DNA of 64,000 nt from Hormiphora californensis (GCA_020137815.1 CM035350.1:9796001-9860000); one strand, 5' to 3'. Counted from the stretch's first letter, positions 1-36,569 are shown. Notes: a model not told the origin generated them from the letters alone. A program made the numbers and translations.

Positions 1-112
1 ACCAACTGACACACAGACCAACTGACACCCACAGACCAACTGGCACACAACTGACATTATACACATACCCAGCTACCAACTGGCACACAACTGACATTAT
101 ACACATACCCAG

Positions 113-1497
113 CTCGTAAGGATAGGTTCACACTGGGGGCTATATTCGAGAGTGAGGACTATGCCAGGGATCTGGACGATGAAAAGCTTTATACTCTGTG
201 TCGAGTTGCTGCGTCCCAGCTGAGGAAACTGTCTGAAGTCTACCCGCCGCGGGCCATGAGTTATGCAGTGACACGGGACCACAGAAGGGACAGTGATTTA
301 GAGGGAGTCTCCACTAGGGGACCACGACCGCTCAGTCAGGGATTCGAGGAGAGGAGGGGATCACAATTTGGATCGGACATGAGAGGTCAATATGAGAGGA
401 GGGGATCACAATTTGGATCGGACATGAGGGATCAATATGAGTGGAACTGGGAGACTGAGCTGAGGGAGGAAGAAGAAACAACCAATCAGAACTCGTTATT
501 TAGGTCACGTGACTGGTTATCAGCCAATCAGGGACCAGTATTTCCTAATGAGTGGAACTGGGAGAATGAGCTGAGGGAGGAAGAAGAAGGTGGAGTTTTC
601 ATGTAGCTGCTGTGAATGTACGGGCTGTAATTGTAATTGTAATATTTGCGCATGAAAAGATCTATGTGCCCCGGTGATGTATTACACGTGCCAAGCTGGG
701 TTTCTGGAAGTGCATGTCAAACCCTTTTTAATACCCTGCTATCCATACCAGGAGCTGCGTATATGCATGTTACATGTTATAAGTATGTGTTACATGTGTT
801 ATATGTTAAGTTATCATGTTAACCTTATAAGCACCATTCGAAGCTATTGTTCTACCAATGCTCTGTCATGCTAACCAACCTCCACTCTCTCTCTCTACAG
901 ATCTTAGTACTACTAATAGTAGCCCGGCCCGGTCCCTGCCACGACCCACGTTGAGTAGTCAGTCATTCCAATCCCGGTACTGCAGACCCCACGTTAGAAA
1001 GGAGATACCGGAGGAAGGATCAATGGCATGTTCTGTCGGGCCCAGCATGGGTCTCTCCTGGCTCAACCAAGATCAGGATCTCTTTTCCAAAAGAGGTATG
1101 TGAATCAAATGATCTTAAATATAAGGTGCACGTGACTTTTCTAGCGATGTAACTCTGTTTAATTCCATCCCCCCTTCCAGGTTATTCTGTTGCCTCGAGT
1201 GTTGCTGCCTGCGCTGGCAGTGATAGGACCTTGTCCTCAGGATGTCGGTCAATCAGGTTCGACTCCATTGCCAGCCAGTCTATAAATCGCCTCGACTCAG
1301 CGGGATCCAGTACAATTAACAGCTCTGACTTGTCAATACCCAGAACTAACAGCGACTACCAGAGCCAAATCACCGATCTGGAGCTGATATATAGTATCAG
1401 TGACACCGAACCTGACCACGGCACGACGGTAACGAGTGTGGCCAGTGGTCCCTACCACAACATACCCTGGTCGCTCGAGGATTACGGCAGGGAGTGA
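113..1497 (+). CDS. 3' exons of an unidentified gene with a Ser-rich, low-complexity C-terminus; gene starts left of the window
   Basis: Acceptors cccag|ct (113), ctacag|atc (901) and ttccag|gtt (1181); donor ag|gtatg (~1096); open frames ending TGA at 1497. No family recognised and the first exon's donor is uncertain. Confidence 0.45.
478..545. mobile_element. Truncated copy of the 109-bp CAGGAACC MITE, flanked by a 41-bp direct duplication
   Basis: accaatcagaactcg...gaccagtatttcc matches 1827-1935 in reverse; flanks 437-477 and 548-588 are near-identical. Confidence 0.85.
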
Positions 1498-1826
1498 CAT
1501 TATGATGACAGACAATTTGGGACTTTGTGTAAAATGAAGGTGTGGCGTGATTTTGAATGGATGGTAAATGGTAATACTAATTTGTGATGGAGAAACACTT
1601 GGGTGGGATTTCTGCGGTTTTTTATTTTGATTGATGCATTCGTTTGCATGTGTGATTTATTGAATTGTTCATACTTTGTGCGGGAGCACGAACACAGTGT
1701 CAGGCGACTTAAGTGATTTATTGTTTTCGATATTTTGACTGCAAAGTATAAACCATCATCTACCGAGTCTAAAAACAAATCAGTGTAAACACATCAAATC
1801 ATCATTAAGAATATCTGCCTCCAATC

Positions 1827-1935
1827 CAGGAACCGACCGAATCAGTAAATACTGGTCCCTGATTGGCTGATAACCAGTCACGTGACCTAAATAACGAGTT
1901 CTGATTGGTCGTTCACTTGTTTCGGTCGGTTCCTG
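1827..1935. mobile_element. Full-length 109-bp MITE, hAT-like (15-bp TIR CAGGAACCGACCGAA, 8-bp TSD)
   Basis: Perfect TIRs; flanks ctccaatc (1819-1826) and ctccgatc (1936-1943). Confidence 0.85.
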
Positions 1936-1977
1936 CTCCGATCATATGTGTGTGTTCTACTAATAAAATACTACATA

Positions 1978-2222
1978 TACCTTACTCTCGTTTTTTAAGA
2001 AACGCTTTAGTAAGAAACTTTTTTATAAGAAACTTTTAAAATGTAAATTACACAATTCAGGGACGCCACAACAAAATAGAACACCCCTAACTTGTTTAGT
2101 TTCTTGATAAAGGAGAAATTCTTTTTGTTTTTGGATTGCTAACACCTGTAGTTTCCTAGAAAAAAAGTTTCTTATTTAAAAGTTTCTTGAAATATGCGAG
2201 CTTAATTAACGAGAGTAAGGTA
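1978..2222. mobile_element. MITE with TIR TACCTTACTCTCGTT
   Basis: taccttactctcgtt...aacgagagtaaggta plus internal inverted aagaaactttt motifs. Confidence 0.65.
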
Positions 2223-2306
2223 ATATGTACTGTGTAGAGAACCACCAAAACAAGTAATCTTTCTCTCCCTTCACCTGATAACCCTTGAATATAACGTATG
2301 ATACTA

Positions 2307-3181
2307 CAGTCGGACCCCGATTTAGTGGCATCCTCGGGGGAAAGAAATCCTGCCACTAAATCGGGGTGCCACTAAATCGGGGTGAGCCATATTTGGCCCA
2401 TAAAAACCTATTTTATGCCCAAAATGCTATACTAAGACTAAAGACACTTCTAACTGTTATATGCAATAGTCATGTATTGATGACATGAACATTTCTGATT
2501 AGAAATAGAAAACTATCGAATAATTTTTTCAAAAAAATTGAGAAAAATTTTCTAAGTTATACTAGCCCGTCCGATTTGTGTTTCGAATCGGTGCAGCTTC
2601 CTGGATGTCATGTCTAATTAGCGGGTTCGAACCGAACCGATACGTGATACCATGCCGAATCGGGGCACCCTAGATGTGGGTGAGGAAGTATCAAAATTTC
2701 AAAATAACATTTTCTCTCAAAATTTATAGGGAGCACCGATCAAAGCATTGACAGTCGTACTGTAAAATTTTGCAAAAAAGTTTTAAAATTGTTTAAAGGT
2801 ATACCAGCCACATCCGAATCGTGTTTCGAATCGGTACGTCTTATCGCATGTCCTGCTGCTAATTAGACGGTTTATAACGAATCGAAACGTGATCCCTATC
2901 GAATCGAAATTTTGACGCTTGTTGAACTTATGATTCAATAGCCCCATGGGGATCACGTATCGGTTCGTTCCGAACCGTCTAATTAGCAGCAGGACATGCG
3001 ATAAGATTCACTGATTCGAAACACGATTCGGACGTGGCTGGTATTCCTTTGAAAAATTTTCAAAAAAATTTCAAAAAAAATTCACAAAAAAAAATTCAAA
3101 AAAAATTTTGGGGGAAAAAAATCAGCTGCCACTAAATCGGGGTGCCACTAAATCGGGGGCCACTAAATCGGGGTCCGACTG
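2307..3181. mobile_element. Tc1/mariner-type non-autonomous element (TIR CAGTCGGACCCCGATTTAGTGGC, TA TSD)
   Basis: TA|cagtcggaccccgatttagtggc...gccactaaatcggggtccgactg|TA; subterminal ccactaaatcgggg repeats; internal palindrome ~2790-3060; a related end fragment at ~3772-3841. Confidence 0.85.
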
Positions 3182-3498
3182 TATCATTGATAGCGGTTAG
3201 ACGGCCAAATAGCAAATTTACTAAAGGAACAACTCAAAAAGTCATGTAAATTATACTCTTTTCGGTACATTCCCACTCAACTCTCTGTAACAACACTTGT
3301 CTCTACAATACCACATGTTTCCCTGTCAATGGGGGACCGCATACAGCACGTAACGTCGCACCACATACTGTCGGTGGAAACTTCAGTACAGTGAGTGTAT
3401 GTGGTGCCTCTTATAAATCAAATAATATCTCTAACAGGGTGTATATAAAACAGCTAAAACAAATTAAAAACTGAAAGGGGGCTGTATCAAACACTATA

Positions 3499-26004
<22,506 letters not shown>

Positions 26005-26402
26005 GTCATCCCTTAACCTAAAGAAATGTTTATCATCCTCGATAAGAGACAATGATTATATTATTATTACTGGAAGATGACAGATGTGACTGAGTACACA
26101 AAAGACCATGACCAAAAGCTCAAAACACATGAATTCTGATGTCAATTGACCTAATGCCTAACTAAATTAATTCATGGTCTTGATAATTCTTCTTATCCTC
26201 TTCTTATTCACTTCACGTAACAAGCTCAGTGCAAGCTAGGTTGGCGATGGCGATCTTCCTCCGATTTCCTCTCAATGCTATGAGGCATGTCCTCAGTAGT
26301 GAGAACCGTAACCTCGTCCTGAGGTGAGCCATGACTTCAGCATATGGTTCTCCTGTTCTTGTTGAGATTCGGGATGAGAGTGTCTTCAATGCCTAACGAG
26401 TA

Positions 26403-26879
26403 GGGCGCCGTTACGATCTGGGTGTTTGGAGGCCTGTTTACAGGTGTGCGCTGCCAAAAAAGTTGATTCACTAAAATGGCTCTAACCGCCAAACCACTCA
26501 ACCGTTTTGGCTGATTCAAAGTTTATCTGGTAGGGAATGTCAAGGCCTAACCCCAACCCTAACCCTACTTTAGCCCTAACCCTAAAAAGCGTTTGTCAGC
26601 ACTCCCAAAACACCCAGATTTTAACGGCCAGCGTTAAAATCTGGGTGTTTCGTGAGTGCTGACAAACGGTTTTTTAGGGTTAGGGCTAAAGTAGGGTTAG
26701 GGTTAGGGTTGGGGTTTGGGTTGGGGTTAGGCCTTGACATTCCCTACCAGATAAACTTTGAATTAGCCAAAACGGTTGAGTGGTTCGGCGGTTAGAGCCG
26801 TTTTAGTGAATCAACTTTTTTGGCAGCGCGCACCTGTAAACAGGCCACCAAACACCCAGATCGTAACGGCGCCCGATTT
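26403..26879. mobile_element. Head-to-head dimer of a ~240-bp element containing TTAGGG tracts, flanked by 9-bp taacgagta duplication (copy at 30826-31302; monomers at ~27245-27492 and ~31668-31915)
   Basis: gggcgccgttacgatctgggtg...cacccagatcgtaacggcgccc palindrome with ccctaa/ttaggg runs. Confidence 0.75.
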
Positions 26880-27886
26880 TAACGAGTACTATTTTGATAG
26901 AGGAAGTAATTTTGATATCTCCTTCTGGTGATCAACACACACACACGCCCTCCGTACAACGGTTATATAGGGGAATCTCACACACACACGGGCAGATCTC
27001 GGTCAAGGAGAGATTAATTGATTATTCAGAATAAAGAGATCTGAGCAAGAATTAAATAGGGAAGAAAATAGGGAAGAAAAATGGACTATTTTGATAAATT
27101 AATTTTAATAAATTAATCCGCGCGCAGCTGCGCGGCTCTATTTCGTTATTTGCGCGTCACAAAAGCCAGATTTTGACGCCGCGCACTCAAAAATTTTCAA
27201 ATCAGGCCTGGATCACTTTTTCGTTCACCTCACACGATTTTTGGGCCAGCGTTAAAATCTGGGTGTTTTGGGAGTGCTGACAAACGCTTTTTAGGGTTAG
27301 GGCTAAAGTAGGGTTAGGGTAGGGGTTTGGGTTGGGGTTAGGCCTTGACATTCCCTACCATATAAACTTTGAATCAGCCAAAACGGTTGAGTGGTTTGGC
27401 GGTTAGAGCCATTTTAGTGAATCAACTTTTTTGGCAGCACGCGCCTGTAATCAGGCCTCCAAACACGCAGATCGTAACGGCGCCCCGATTTTTGAACGGC
27501 CTTTCTTTTGGGGGGGGTTCAACCCTAAAAATTTCCATTGATACCCACTTTTTTGGCAAATGGAAATTTTATATTGGAAATTTTTGGAAATTTTTGGAAA
27601 TTTTTAGAATTTTTTGGAAATTTTTAGAAATTTTTAGAAATTTTTAGAAATTTATGGACGATGGAAATTTTTGGAAGTTTTTAGTAAATGGAAATTTTTA
27701 GAAATTTTTAGAAATTTTTAGAAATTTTTAGAAGTTTTTAGAAGTTTTTAGAAGTTTTTAGAAGTTTTTCGGTAACCCAATTGTAAGCTAATGACAGGTA
27801 ATCTTTGCATGTTTTCGACAGTAAGATAGTTATACAAGCTACATCCATGATCTACAGTGATCTAGCTTAAAAAAGAGTTTAAAGTT

Positions 27887-28304
27887 ACTCCATCATCATG
27901 GTCTGGAAAATGGCCAACGGTGAAGCGCCAAACAACATCGGTATCCGCTTTTACCAAAATGATCGTCTCGGACTACGAGCGGAGGTGCCAACATGCCCCA
28001 CTACCACACAATCGTCGGTGGCCACGAAATTCCACAACTCTTTCGCTTCTAGAGCGACCCGACTATGGAACACCCTTCCAAGTGAAGTGAACACAGCTAA
28101 AAGCCTCACTGTGTTCAAAGTACTTCTTGGAGAATGGTTGAAGAGGATGCCGGACCGACCCCCGGTACCTGGATATACCAGACAAAATAACAATTCAATT
28201 CTGGACTGGATACTTCTTGTATCCAGGGAGGGGGAGGCTCTGTGAGGAACTGACACCGGTACAGCATCTGTACGAAGAACATTACAAGATTACAAGATTA
28301 CAAG
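27887..28304 (+). mobile_element. 5'-truncated non-LTR retrotransposon (CR1/L2/Jockey-like ORF2 C-terminus) with (ATTACAAG)n tail and aaagtt TSD
   Basis: Peptide FHNSFASRATRLWNTLPSEV...FKVLLGEWL; absent from the duplicate copy at ~32304; TSD 27881-27886 / 28305-28310. Confidence 0.85.
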
Positions 28305-30068
28305 AAAGTTTTTATTTTGTATGCTAAGAAACCCGATCTACTACGGTATTAGGCATTCCGTCCGAAGGAATGTAAGGTGCTATTTGGTAACTTACTTTTC
28401 AATAAGTTTTCGAGACGCCCTTAGTTGGCCTTAGTTGGCCAATGAATCTATGATTTCTGAAGAAATTGTACGGATTGCCAAAAAATATATGATCTCGATG
28501 TTTTTGACCTATTATTAAATGATTTATTGATGCTCAGTGCTCACAAGAGGTAAGGAAAAGTAACCAGTTCTGGGGGGGGGGGTTCAACCCTAAAAATTTC
28601 CATTGATACCCACTTTTTTGGCAAATGGAAATTTTATATTGGAAATTTTTGGAAATTTTTGGAAATTTTTAGAATTTTTTGGAAATTTTTAGAAATTTTT
28701 AGAAATTTTTAGAAATTTATGGACGATGGAAATTTTTGGAAGTTTTTAGTAAATGGAAATTTTTAGAAATTTTTAGAAATTTTTAGAAATTTTTAGAAGT
28801 TTTTAGAAGTTTTTAGAAGTTTTTCGGTAACCCAATTGTAAGCTAATGACAGGTAATCTTTGCATGTTTTCGACAGTAAGATAGTTATACAAGCTACATC
28901 CATGATCTACAGTGATCTAGCTTAAAAAAGAGTTTAAAGTTTTTATTTTGTATGCTAAGAAACCCGATCTACTACGGTATTAGGCATTCCGTCCGAAGGA
29001 ATGTAAGGTGCTATTTGGTAACTTACTGGGGGGGGTTCAACCCTAAAAATTTCCATTGATACCCACTTTTTTGGCAAATGGAAATTTTATTTTGGAAATT
29101 TTTAGAAATTTTTAGAAATTTTTGGAAATTTTTGGAAATTTTTAGAATTTTTTGGAAATTTTTAGAAATTTTTAGAAATTTTTAGAAATTTATGGACAAT
29201 GGAAATTTTTGGAAGTTTTTAGTAAATGGAAATTTTTAGAAATTTTTAGAAGTTTTTAGAAATTTTTAGAAATTTTTAGAAGTTTTTAGAAACTTTTAGA
29301 AGTTTATATAAGTTCGTCGGTAACCCAATTCCAAGGTAATGACAGGTAATCTATGCATGTTTTCGACAGTAAGTTAGTACTTATTCTCGCTATATCCCTT
29401 ATCGAGTTTAAAAAAGAGTTTAAGTTTCTATATTGTATGCTAAGAAACCTGATCTACTACGGTATTAAGCATTAGTCATGGTAAAAGGACCCGTCCGAAG
29501 GAATATTTAAAAGTAAGTTACCAAATAGCACCTTATATAAGTACATAAGGTATCTTGTGCTATTTGGTAACTTACTTTTAAATCAGTTTTCGAGACGTCC
29601 ACGTCCTTAGTTGTCCAATGAAGCTATGATTTCTGAAGAAATTGTACGGATTGCCCAAAAATATATGATATCGATGTCTTATCTATCATTCAATAACTTA
29701 TTGATGCTGGGGGGGTTATCATGGTGACAAATGGTGACAAATGGTGACAAATGGTGACTCATCTGACCATTTAGGGTATGTCACCATCACCATTTGTCAC
29801 CATTTGTCATCATTTATCTCCATTTGTCACCATTTGTCTCCATTTGTCTCCATTTTTTGACGAAATATGCGGATTTCGGCAGAATTTCTTAAAAATTTTT
29901 AAAGAATTTTGATAAAAATTTTTAATTTCTTTGGACCGATATATTTGTTCATAAGTTGTTAACATGGCCATTCCGGATCGGTTAGTAGTGTTTTGGATTT
30001 AGAGAAATCAGTCGCTGTTTAAAAGCTGCATAGTATTATATGCCATACAGAAACGATTTGTTACTTAC

Positions 30069-30427
30069 GGTTCAGATTCGATGTAGAAAGAACAAGACTT
30101 ATCTGACTCATACCCATCTTTCTCTTCCTGTTCCCATATATTGTGACTATAAAGGGCTCCCTCACTGGCTGTGAGCCTAAGGAAAACAATCTTCTTTTGG
30201 GATACCGGAGTAAAACATAAGATAGTACTCTTCAAGGAGTGCAGTACGAGTCAGTGAAGCACTTACCTTTGCCGAGAGTAACAGGAGGCACATGCTATAG
30301 GATAGCTCCCAGTTGAATTGGTACAGGTGCAGGAGTTTCCTTCGCAGGGGTCAGAGCACAATCGACAGTTTTCCGATCGGCACAAGTGGAAAATTAACGT
30401 CCCCAGAAGCACCCATTTTGTAAACAT
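30069..30427 (-). CDS. Duplicate of attractin exons 1-2
   Basis: Coding sequence matches 25646-26004, with intact splice sites. Confidence 0.75.
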
Positions 30428-31932
30428 GTCATCCCTTAACCTAAAGAAATGTTTATCATCCTCGATAAGAGACAATGATTATATTATTATTACTGGAAGA
30501 TGACAGATGTGACTGAGTACACAAAAGACCATGACCAAAAGCTCAAAACACATGAATTCTGATGTCAATTGACCTAATGCCTAACTAAATTAATTCATGG
30601 TCTTGATAATTCTTCTTATCCTCTTCTTATTCACTTCACGTAACAAGCTCAGTGCAAGCTAGGTTGGCGATGGCGATCTTCCTCCGATTTCCTCTCAATG
30701 CTATGAGGCATGTCCTCAGTAGTGAGAACCGTAACCTCGTCCTGAGGTGAGCCATGACTTCAGCATATGGTTCTCCTGTTCTTGTTGAGATTCGGGATGA
30801 GAGTGTCTTCAATGCCTAACGAGTAGGGCGCCGTTACGATCTGGGTGTTTGGAGGCCTGTTTACAGGTGTGCGCTGCCAAAAAAGTTGATTCACTAAAAT
30901 GGCTCTAACCGCCAAACCACTCAACCGTTTTGGCTGATTCAAAGTTTATCTGGTAGGGAATGTCAAGGCCTAACCCCAACCCTAACCCTACTTTAGCCCT
31001 AACCCTAAAAAGCGTTTGTCAGCACTCCCAAAACACCCAGATTTTAACGGCCAGCGTTAAAATCTGGGTGTTTCGTGAGTGCTGACAAACGGTTTTTTAG
31101 GGTTAGGGCTAAAGTAGGGTTAGGGTTAGGGTTGGGGTTTGGGTTGGGGTTAGGCCTTGACATTCCCTACCAGATAAACTTTGAATTAGCCAAAACGGTT
31201 GAGTGGTTCGGCGGTTAGAGCCGTTTTAGTGAATCAACTTTTTTGGCAGCGCGCACCTGTAAACAGGCCACCAAACACCCAGATCGTAACGGCGCCCGAT
31301 TTTAACGAGTACTATTTTGATAGAGGAAGTAATTTTGATATCTCCTTCTGGTGATCAACACACACACACGCCCTCCGTACAACGGTTATATAGGGGAATC
31401 TCACACACACACGGGCAGATCTCGGTCAAGGAGAGATTAATTGATTATTCAGAATAAAGAGATCTGAGCAAGAATTAAATAGGGAAGAAAATAGGGAAGA
31501 AAAATGGACTATTTTGATAAATTAATTTTAATAAATTAATCCGCGCGCAGCTGCGCGGCTCTATTTCGTTATTTGCGCGTCACAAAAGCCAGATTTTGAC
31601 GCCGCGCACTCAAAAATTTTCAAATCAGGCCTGGATCACTTTTTCGTTCACCTCACACGATTTTTGGGCCAGCGTTAAAATCTGGGTGTTTTGGGAGTGC
31701 TGACAAACGCTTTTTAGGGTTAGGGCTAAAGTAGGGTTAGGGTAGGGGTTTGGGTTGGGGTTAGGCCTTGACATTCCCTACCATATAAACTTTGAATCAG
31801 CCAAAACGGTTGAGTGGTTTGGCGGTTAGAGCCATTTTAGTGAATCAACTTTTTTGGCAGCACGCGCCTGTAATCAGGCCTCCAAACACGCAGATCGTAA
31901 CGGCGCCCCGATTTTTGAACGGCCTTTCTTTT

Positions 31933-34900
31933 GGGGGGGGTTCAACCCTAAAAATTTCCATTGATACCCACTTTTTTGGCAAATGGAAATTTTATATTGG
32001 AAATTTTTGGAAATTTTTGGAAATTTTTAGAATTTTTTGGAAATTTTTAGAAATTTTTAGAAATTTTTAGAAATTTATGGACGATGGAAATTTTTGGAAG
32101 TTTTTAGTAAATGGAAATTTTTAGAAATTTTTAGAAATTTTTAGAAATTTTTAGAAGTTTTTAGAAGTTTTTAGAAGTTTTTAGAAGTTTTTCGGTAACC
32201 CAATTGTAAGCTAATGACAGGTAATCTTTGCATGTTTTCGACAGTAAGATAGTTATACAAGCTACATCCATGATCTACAGTGATCTAGCTTAAAAAAGAG
32301 TTTAAAGTTTTTATTTTGTATGCTAAGAAACCCGATCTACTACGGTATTAGGCATTCCGTCCGAAGGAATGTAAGGTGCTATTTGGTAACTTACTTTTCA
32401 ATAAGTTTTCGAGACGCCCTTAGTTGGCCTTAGTTGGCCAATGAATCTATGATTTCTGAAGAAATTGTACGGATTGCCAAAAAATATATGATCTCGATGT
32501 TTTTGACCTATTATTAAATGATTTATTGATGCTCAGTGCTCACAAGAGGTAAGGAAAAGTAACCAGTTCTGGGGGGGGGGTTCAACCCTAAAAATTTCCA
32601 TTGATACCCACTTTTTTGGCAAATGGAAATTTTATATTGGAAATTTTTGGAAATTTTTGGAAATTTTTAGAATTTTTTGGAAATTTTTAGAAATTTTTAG
32701 AAATTTTTAGAAATTTATGGACGATGGAAATTTTTGGAAGTTTTTAGTAAATGGAAATTTTTAGAAATTTTTAGAAATTTTTAGAAATTTTTAGAAGTTT
32801 TTAGAAGTTTTTAGAAGTTTTTCGGTAACCCAATTGTAAGCTAATGACAGGTAATCTTTGCATGTTTTCGACAGTAAGATAGTTATACAAGCTACATCCA
32901 TGATCTACAGTGATCTAGCTTAAAAAAGAGTTTAAAGTTTTTATTTTGTATGCTAAGAAACCCGATCTACTACGGTATTAGGCATTCCGTCCGAAGGAAT
33001 GTAAGGTGCTATTTGGTAACTTACTGGGGGGGGTTCAACCCTAAAAATTTCCATTGATACCCACTTTTTTGGCAAATGGAAATTTTATTTTGGAAATTTT
33101 TAGAAATTTTTAGAAATTTTTGGAAATTTTTGGAAATTTTTAGAATTTTTTGGAAATTTTTAGAAATTTTTAGAAATTTTTAGAAATTTATGGACAATGG
33201 AAATTTTTGGAAGTTTTTAGTAAATGGAAATTTTTAGAAATTTTTAGAAGTTTTTAGAAATTTTTAGAAATTTTTAGAAGTTTTTAGAAACTTTTAGAAG
33301 TTTATATAAGTTCGTCGGTAACCCAATTCCAAGGTAATGACAGGTAATCTATGCATGTTTTCGACAGTAAGTTAGTACTTATTCTCGCTATATCCCTTAT
33401 CGAGTTTAAAAAAGAGTTTAAGTTTCTATATTGTATGCTAAGAAACCTGATCTACTACGGTATTAAGCATTAGTCATGGTAAAAGGACCCGTCCGAAGGA
33501 ATATTTAAAAGTAAGTTACCAAATAGCACCTTATATAAGTACATAAGGTATCTTGTGCTATTTGGTAACTTACTTTTAAATCAGTTTTCGAGACGTCCAC
33601 GTCCTTAGTTGTCCAATGAAGCTATGATTTCTGAAGAAATTGTACGGATTGCCCAAAAATATATGATATCGATGTCTTATCTATCATTCAATAACTTATT
33701 GATGCTGGGGGGGTTATCATGGTGACAAATGGTGACAAATGGTGACAAATGGTGACTCATCTGACCATTTAGGGTATGTCACCATCACCATTTGTCACCA
33801 TTTGTCATCATTTATCTCCATTTGTCACCATTTGTCTCCATTTGTCTCCATTTTTTGACGAAATATGCGGATTTCGGCAGAATTTCTTAAAAATTTTTAA
33901 AGAATTTTGATAAAAATTTTTAATTTCTTTGGACCGATATATTTGTTCATAAGTTGTTAACATGGCCATTCCGGATCGGTTAGTAGTGTTTTGGACCACT
34001 AAAACTTCCCGAAAGTCACGTTGAGGGTGTACCTCCCTCGCACAACACATAAAAGCACAATTAACAACCTGTGACCCCTTAATTACATCCAATCGACTTG
34101 AAACTTGGTAGAAGTGTCCCCCAGTGTCCCATAACATCATATTATGTCCCATAACATCATATTATGCCTGTAGGAAGCTCCAGAGAGAATGGTGACAAAT
34201 GGTGACTCATCTCAAAATTTTGGTCACCATCACCATTTGTCACCATATGTCACCATTTGTCACCATTTGTCACCATGATTACCCCCCCTTGATGCTCAGT
34301 TGTCACAAGAGGTAAGGAAAAGGAACCAGTTCTTCGACAACTGTGTTTATATATTTTCAAGTTTTTGTTAATTTTTCTTTTCTTGGTCAATGGAAATTTT
34401 TGGAAATTTTTAGAAATTTTTAGAAATTTTTGGAAATTAATGGAAATTTTTGGAAATTTTTAGAAATTTTTGGAAATTTTTAGTACTAAAAACTTCTAAA
34501 AATTTCTAAAAACTTCTAAAAATTTCTAAAAATTTCTAAAAATTTCCATCGATACCCGGATTTTGGCAAATGGAAATGGAAATTTTTAGGTTGAACCCCC
34601 CCCACTTACTTTTCAATAAGTTTTCGAGACGCCCTTAGTTGGCCTTAGTTGGCCAATGAATCTATGATTTCTGAAGAAATTGTACGGATTGCCAAAAAAT
34701 ATATGATCTCGATGTTTTTGACCTATTATTAAATGATTTATTGATGCTCAGTGCTCACAAGAGGTAAGGAAAAGTAACCAGTTCTGCGACAACTGTGTTT
34801 GTATATTTTCATGTTTTTGTTAGTTTTTCTTTTCTTGGTCAATGGAAATTTTTGGAAATTTTTGGAAATTTTTAGAAATTTTTGGAAATTAATGGAAATT

Positions 34901-35035
34901 TTTGGAAATTTTTAGAAATTTTTGGAAATTTTTAGTACTAAAAACTTCTAAAAATTTCTAAAAAATTCTAAAAATTTCCATCGATACCCGGATTTTGGCA
35001 AATGGAAATGGAAATTTTTAGGTTGAACCCCCCCC
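31933..35035. mobile_element. Nested non-autonomous DNA elements with G-run TIRs (GnTTCAACC..AAAAATTTCCATT) and 9-bp (gaaattttt/gaagttttt) subterminal arrays; partial copies at 27510-29997
   Basis: Outer element TSD tcttttg; inner same-family element 33026-34603 TSD acttact; innermost element 33707-34288 (atggtgacaa arrays) TSD ttgatgct. Confidence 0.8.
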
Positions 35036-35621
35036 TCTTTTGTTTGTTCGTCTCGTGTGGCCATTTACCCCTCTCCATGGACCAATACACATTACAATTT
35101 ACAGCGGGCACTCACGACACTTCACGTTCAATGTTCTTGTGCTCGGGTGAGATTGAGTTCGAGAGAGGGAGATTTATTATGACGACAGAAGAGTAAATTT
35201 TATTTTTATAACGCTTCCTGTATAAATTATTGTGTTGACATGTTCTATTTGAACCGGTACCCCGGCTTTCGCAAAAAGAGAGGAAGACTTGAGATTTGAT
35301 CACCACTACATCTTCACAGATTTATATGATTATTACAATTACCTGTGTGAAACACTGTTGAAATTGATTGTGAGAGCTCGTCGTTGCCCATCTAACGTTG
35401 TGCGGGGGAGAGCACTGTCTGTAAAGGATTTACAATACAATACAATACAAAATATAAATTTATAGTCCGCTTTTTAACTGTCCGATATACGGCTCAGCAC
35501 AAGTTCTGCTGCTGGGAGTCAGATTCATCTCACATCCTCTTTCATCCTCAACAGCTCTCGCTCCAAAAGCGGCTAGCTTTGCAACAAGATTATGATAAAT
35601 CATGTAGTGGGAATAATAGTT

Positions 35622-36569
35622 CTATCCTACTTGAATTATATTGTTTTTGATATAATATTTTCCGCCCGGGTCCTCTAAGCGGAGCTTTTTCAAGGTGGTG
35701 ATAAGGGCTTTACGCTCCTTTATTTGAACTGGAGTTAAGTCTGGTGGAAAGTAAACAGCTGAGAAGTGTTCCGAGTTCTTCAGCTGACGTGACTTTTTCA
35801 GCAGCGCCATAAGTGTTGCTCGTTTTTCCAAAGAAACCAATAGTGGTCGAGGGCCCTTTTCGTTTCTCTCGCCGATACGTTTGATCGAATTTACTTTCGG
35901 TTTTTCATTCAGCTCGGCAAACAAACCATCGACACTGTTCTTAGTCAGGCGTTCAGTTGTTTCTGGTATACCGAATATTACAAGATTTTTGTCCCTCTCG
36001 GACAATGGTGCGTGAGTTGGTTCTTGAGAATATTTTCTCACCACCGGAGAGACTGCAGCACAGTTTTGAGCAAGAACAGTAGAGTAAGCTTTCACCCTCT
36101 GTACTGAGTTTGTCATTGAACTGAGTTGCTGCTGTTGATTGTTGATGACGGTCTGCTGCAGCTCGATCACCGTAACACGGTGGCGGTCAAGTTCTTCTTT
36201 GCACTTACGAAACTCCTCCTCTAGTTTTCTCGTACTACTAACCTCATCAAGGCTATGCATTGCACATTTCAGAAGTTTCACACTGGACAAAAAGGTTTTA
36301 CATGTAGTGTCAATGATTTCCTCTTTAGATAAGGTCTTGAGAATCCGTCTAAAGTGAGAGCATATATCGTCACCAGGTGAACCAAGTTTTGACTCAGGGA
36401 ATTGTTTAATAAAGGTGTAGTTATTCGTTACTTGCTGCGGTTCAAAAGTTATCTCTTCCGAGGTATCCTCGTAGTCCATTCTCATAATTTCCATAACATG
36501 GTCGTTCACTGCTTTTATCAATCGTTCATTCTTAGGGTTATCGCCCTCATTATCTTTCGTTCCCATCAC
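35622..36569 (-). mobile_element. Intact LINE ORF1-like ORF (coiled coil + RRM/CTD, 315 aa) with a (TTGTA)n 3' tail and no ORF2
   Basis: RDKNLVIFGIPE...IKRIG...GPRPLLVSL...VYFPPDLTPVQIKERKAL; tail ttacaatacaatacaatacaa at ~35430-35450. Confidence 0.75.

Noticed and set aside
26540-26730. Chromosome end or telomere fusion site
   Set aside because: TTAGGG runs are short, degenerate and embedded in a repeated mobile unit.
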